64,000 nucleotides of DNA from NCBI RefSeq assembly GCF_036321535.1, contig NC_087437.1, positions 42,782,001-42,846,000 on the forward strand. Direction: 5' to 3'. The first letter of the stretch is position 1. Every line of letters begins with the position of its first letter. Made by a program: the position numbers and the translations under genes. Source of the DNA: Camelus dromedarius. Lineage: Eukaryota. The notes below the pieces were generated by a model. That model searched no databases and was not told the origin of the DNA. It saw nothing but the letters and a program-made list of their open reading frames with translations. Shown here piece by piece: positions 62,311-64,000 of the stretch.

Positions 62311-63559
62311 AATCCTAACTGATTTTTTGTATTTTATTTCACTCCATCCAAACCTTTTCAGTTCTTCATTTTTACCTATTGAATAGTGTTATTGTAAGCA
62401 ATATAAAAAAGACTTTCTTGAAATGTAAATTAATGACTTAGTTAAATCAGTCCACCCATTTGTTGCATAGTTACTATGGCCCAGTAGGTTTAATAGGCTT
62501 CCTGCACTTCTCTGTCTTGTCCTTGTAACTATTTTCTATAGCCAAGAATTGGATGAATAGACCCCTTTTAAAATTTTAAAGTGGTAGAAAATACTTCTCT
62601 TTAATTGTTTGGCATCCATCTGTCCTTTCTTAGAGACCTCATGTTTATACATTAATTTTAACAAGATTGCCTCGTTAAAATATCTTGAATGCATGTAAGA
62701 AAGTAATATCTTTAAAAGCTCCCAAAGAGAGAAAGTATAGCAGAGTTTCAAAGCTAGATAAAAAGTAAACAAAAAATCCAGTCCGACTAATACATGGCCC
62801 AAATGACCAAATGGTGGGAAGCCACAGGATGATTGCAGACCTGAGGAGCCAGTCAAGGAAGGGCAAATGACCAAGGCATCGTGACTTACTTCTTCAATGT
62901 TGGGATGAGAGTGACTCTAGGCTCACATGGCCATCTATATGTCCATTAATGAAACCTTAAGGTACAACTTTTTTTTTTTTTCTGCCATAAAACTACGCAG
63001 GAAAAGAACAAGTAGTTTTGTTTATTCACAGCAGAACATCCTATGACAATGAGTAATGCTTTACAAAGGGACACTGTGGTACAGAATGGGAGCAGAAAAC
63101 CTGGTTTTTACCTTGTCAGAAAGAAATTTCTACAAAAATAAAGGGTTTGGCTGTTTTTACATAACTCCAGGTACTGAAGGTGTTTTGATTTGTTTTGGAA
63201 GGTGATGATAGTGTTGTGAATTCTAAGGGCTCTTTCTGGGAAGAACAAAAGGATGTGCATATAATTACCAAGGACGTGGGAGAAAAAGGATGCTTGGTAA
63301 ATTAGTGAGTCCTTTGAGTCCTACTTTCTAACCATTGGCCTGAGAAATGAACAGTTGTAAGAGAGGTTGGGAAAGAGTATGATTTTACTGATATTGATCA
63401 AATGTTGAGATGAGGTCTGAAATTATTGCATAATGCACACAATTCTGTGCTGTGTACTTGATGTTTGAACACATAATAGACACCTTCAGTGAAGAGTCCA
63501 AGTTTTGATTAAATGAATAACATCTTGGTACTCCCTCATATGTTTTCTCATTATACTTA

Positions 63560-63720
63560 AAAAATTCAGTCAAAAAGCATTTGTTGAGTGCTTATCATGT
63601 GTCAGACACTTTGCCATGCCCCAAGTCGACAAAAACAAACACCTGACTCTCTGGGGCTTGTAGTCCATTAGAGAAAGACAGACATATAAATAAATAAGTA
63701 CAGTTCTGTGTTAAGAGGTT
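63560..63720 (-). mobile_element. L2 3' end
   Basis: CATTTGTTGAGTGCTTATCATGTGTCAGACAC. Confidence 0.82.
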
Positions 63721-64000
63721 GCGTTGAAGTTGCATCATAGAATTTCTCCCCTTCTTCAGTACCTTTCTGATTTCATATAAACTCTACTTTAGATTTAGAT
63801 GCTGAAAAGATTATTGATGTTTTAACAATTTCCTGACACCTCTTTTCCCTACCCCGAATATGTGAAAACCTTGTTTTAGGATTTTAAAAGCAAAGGGAGA
63901 TATTTCAGTGGATAAATAATAGGACCTGATTCACATTTTAGAATTATTATTCTGGCAGAAATGAGATGATGTCCATGTATTATGGAAATGATATTGGGGC

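Noticed and set aside
1..64000. ORF-track entries as protein-coding genes, or a prokaryote-style system (operon, CRISPR, defence island)
   Set aside because: ORFs are 60-141 aa, many start at non-ATG codons, are compositionally biased, and mostly lie in repeats. The DNA is mammalian and I see no regularly spaced repeat-spacer array.

Overview
AT-rich, CpG-depleted placental-mammal genomic DNA, non-coding (gene desert or deep intron). I recognise no protein-coding gene, RNA gene or CRISPR array. The only ORFs in the track with recognisable homology are LINE-1 ORF2p C-terminal fragments (3635-3817 and 4286-4468, minus strand). Much of the window is decayed interspersed repeat: L1M/HAL1, L2, MIR, MaLR/ERVL/ERV1 solo LTRs, and TcMar and hAT DNA transposons. 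The youngest L1 3' ends are of cetartiodactyl type, and I see no Alu, B1/B2, Bov-A/BovB, PRE1, CHR or SINEC, so a camelid host is the best guess (inference). Best-supported structures: a young L1 with a twin-priming 5' inversion and a second L1 3' end nested inside it with an 11-bp TSD; a three-level nest L1M > MER21 > ERV1 solo LTR; and Tigger8 inside LTR33. Several kb-scale repeat-free blocks carry PBX-HOX/MEIS, RFX or CTCF-like motifs and are candidate enhancers. A few splice-bounded segments could be lncRNA exons. I cannot support a new biological system from sequence alone. Repeat family names come from my recollection of consensus sequences and need RepeatMasker/Dfam confirmation; boundaries without TSDs are approximate.
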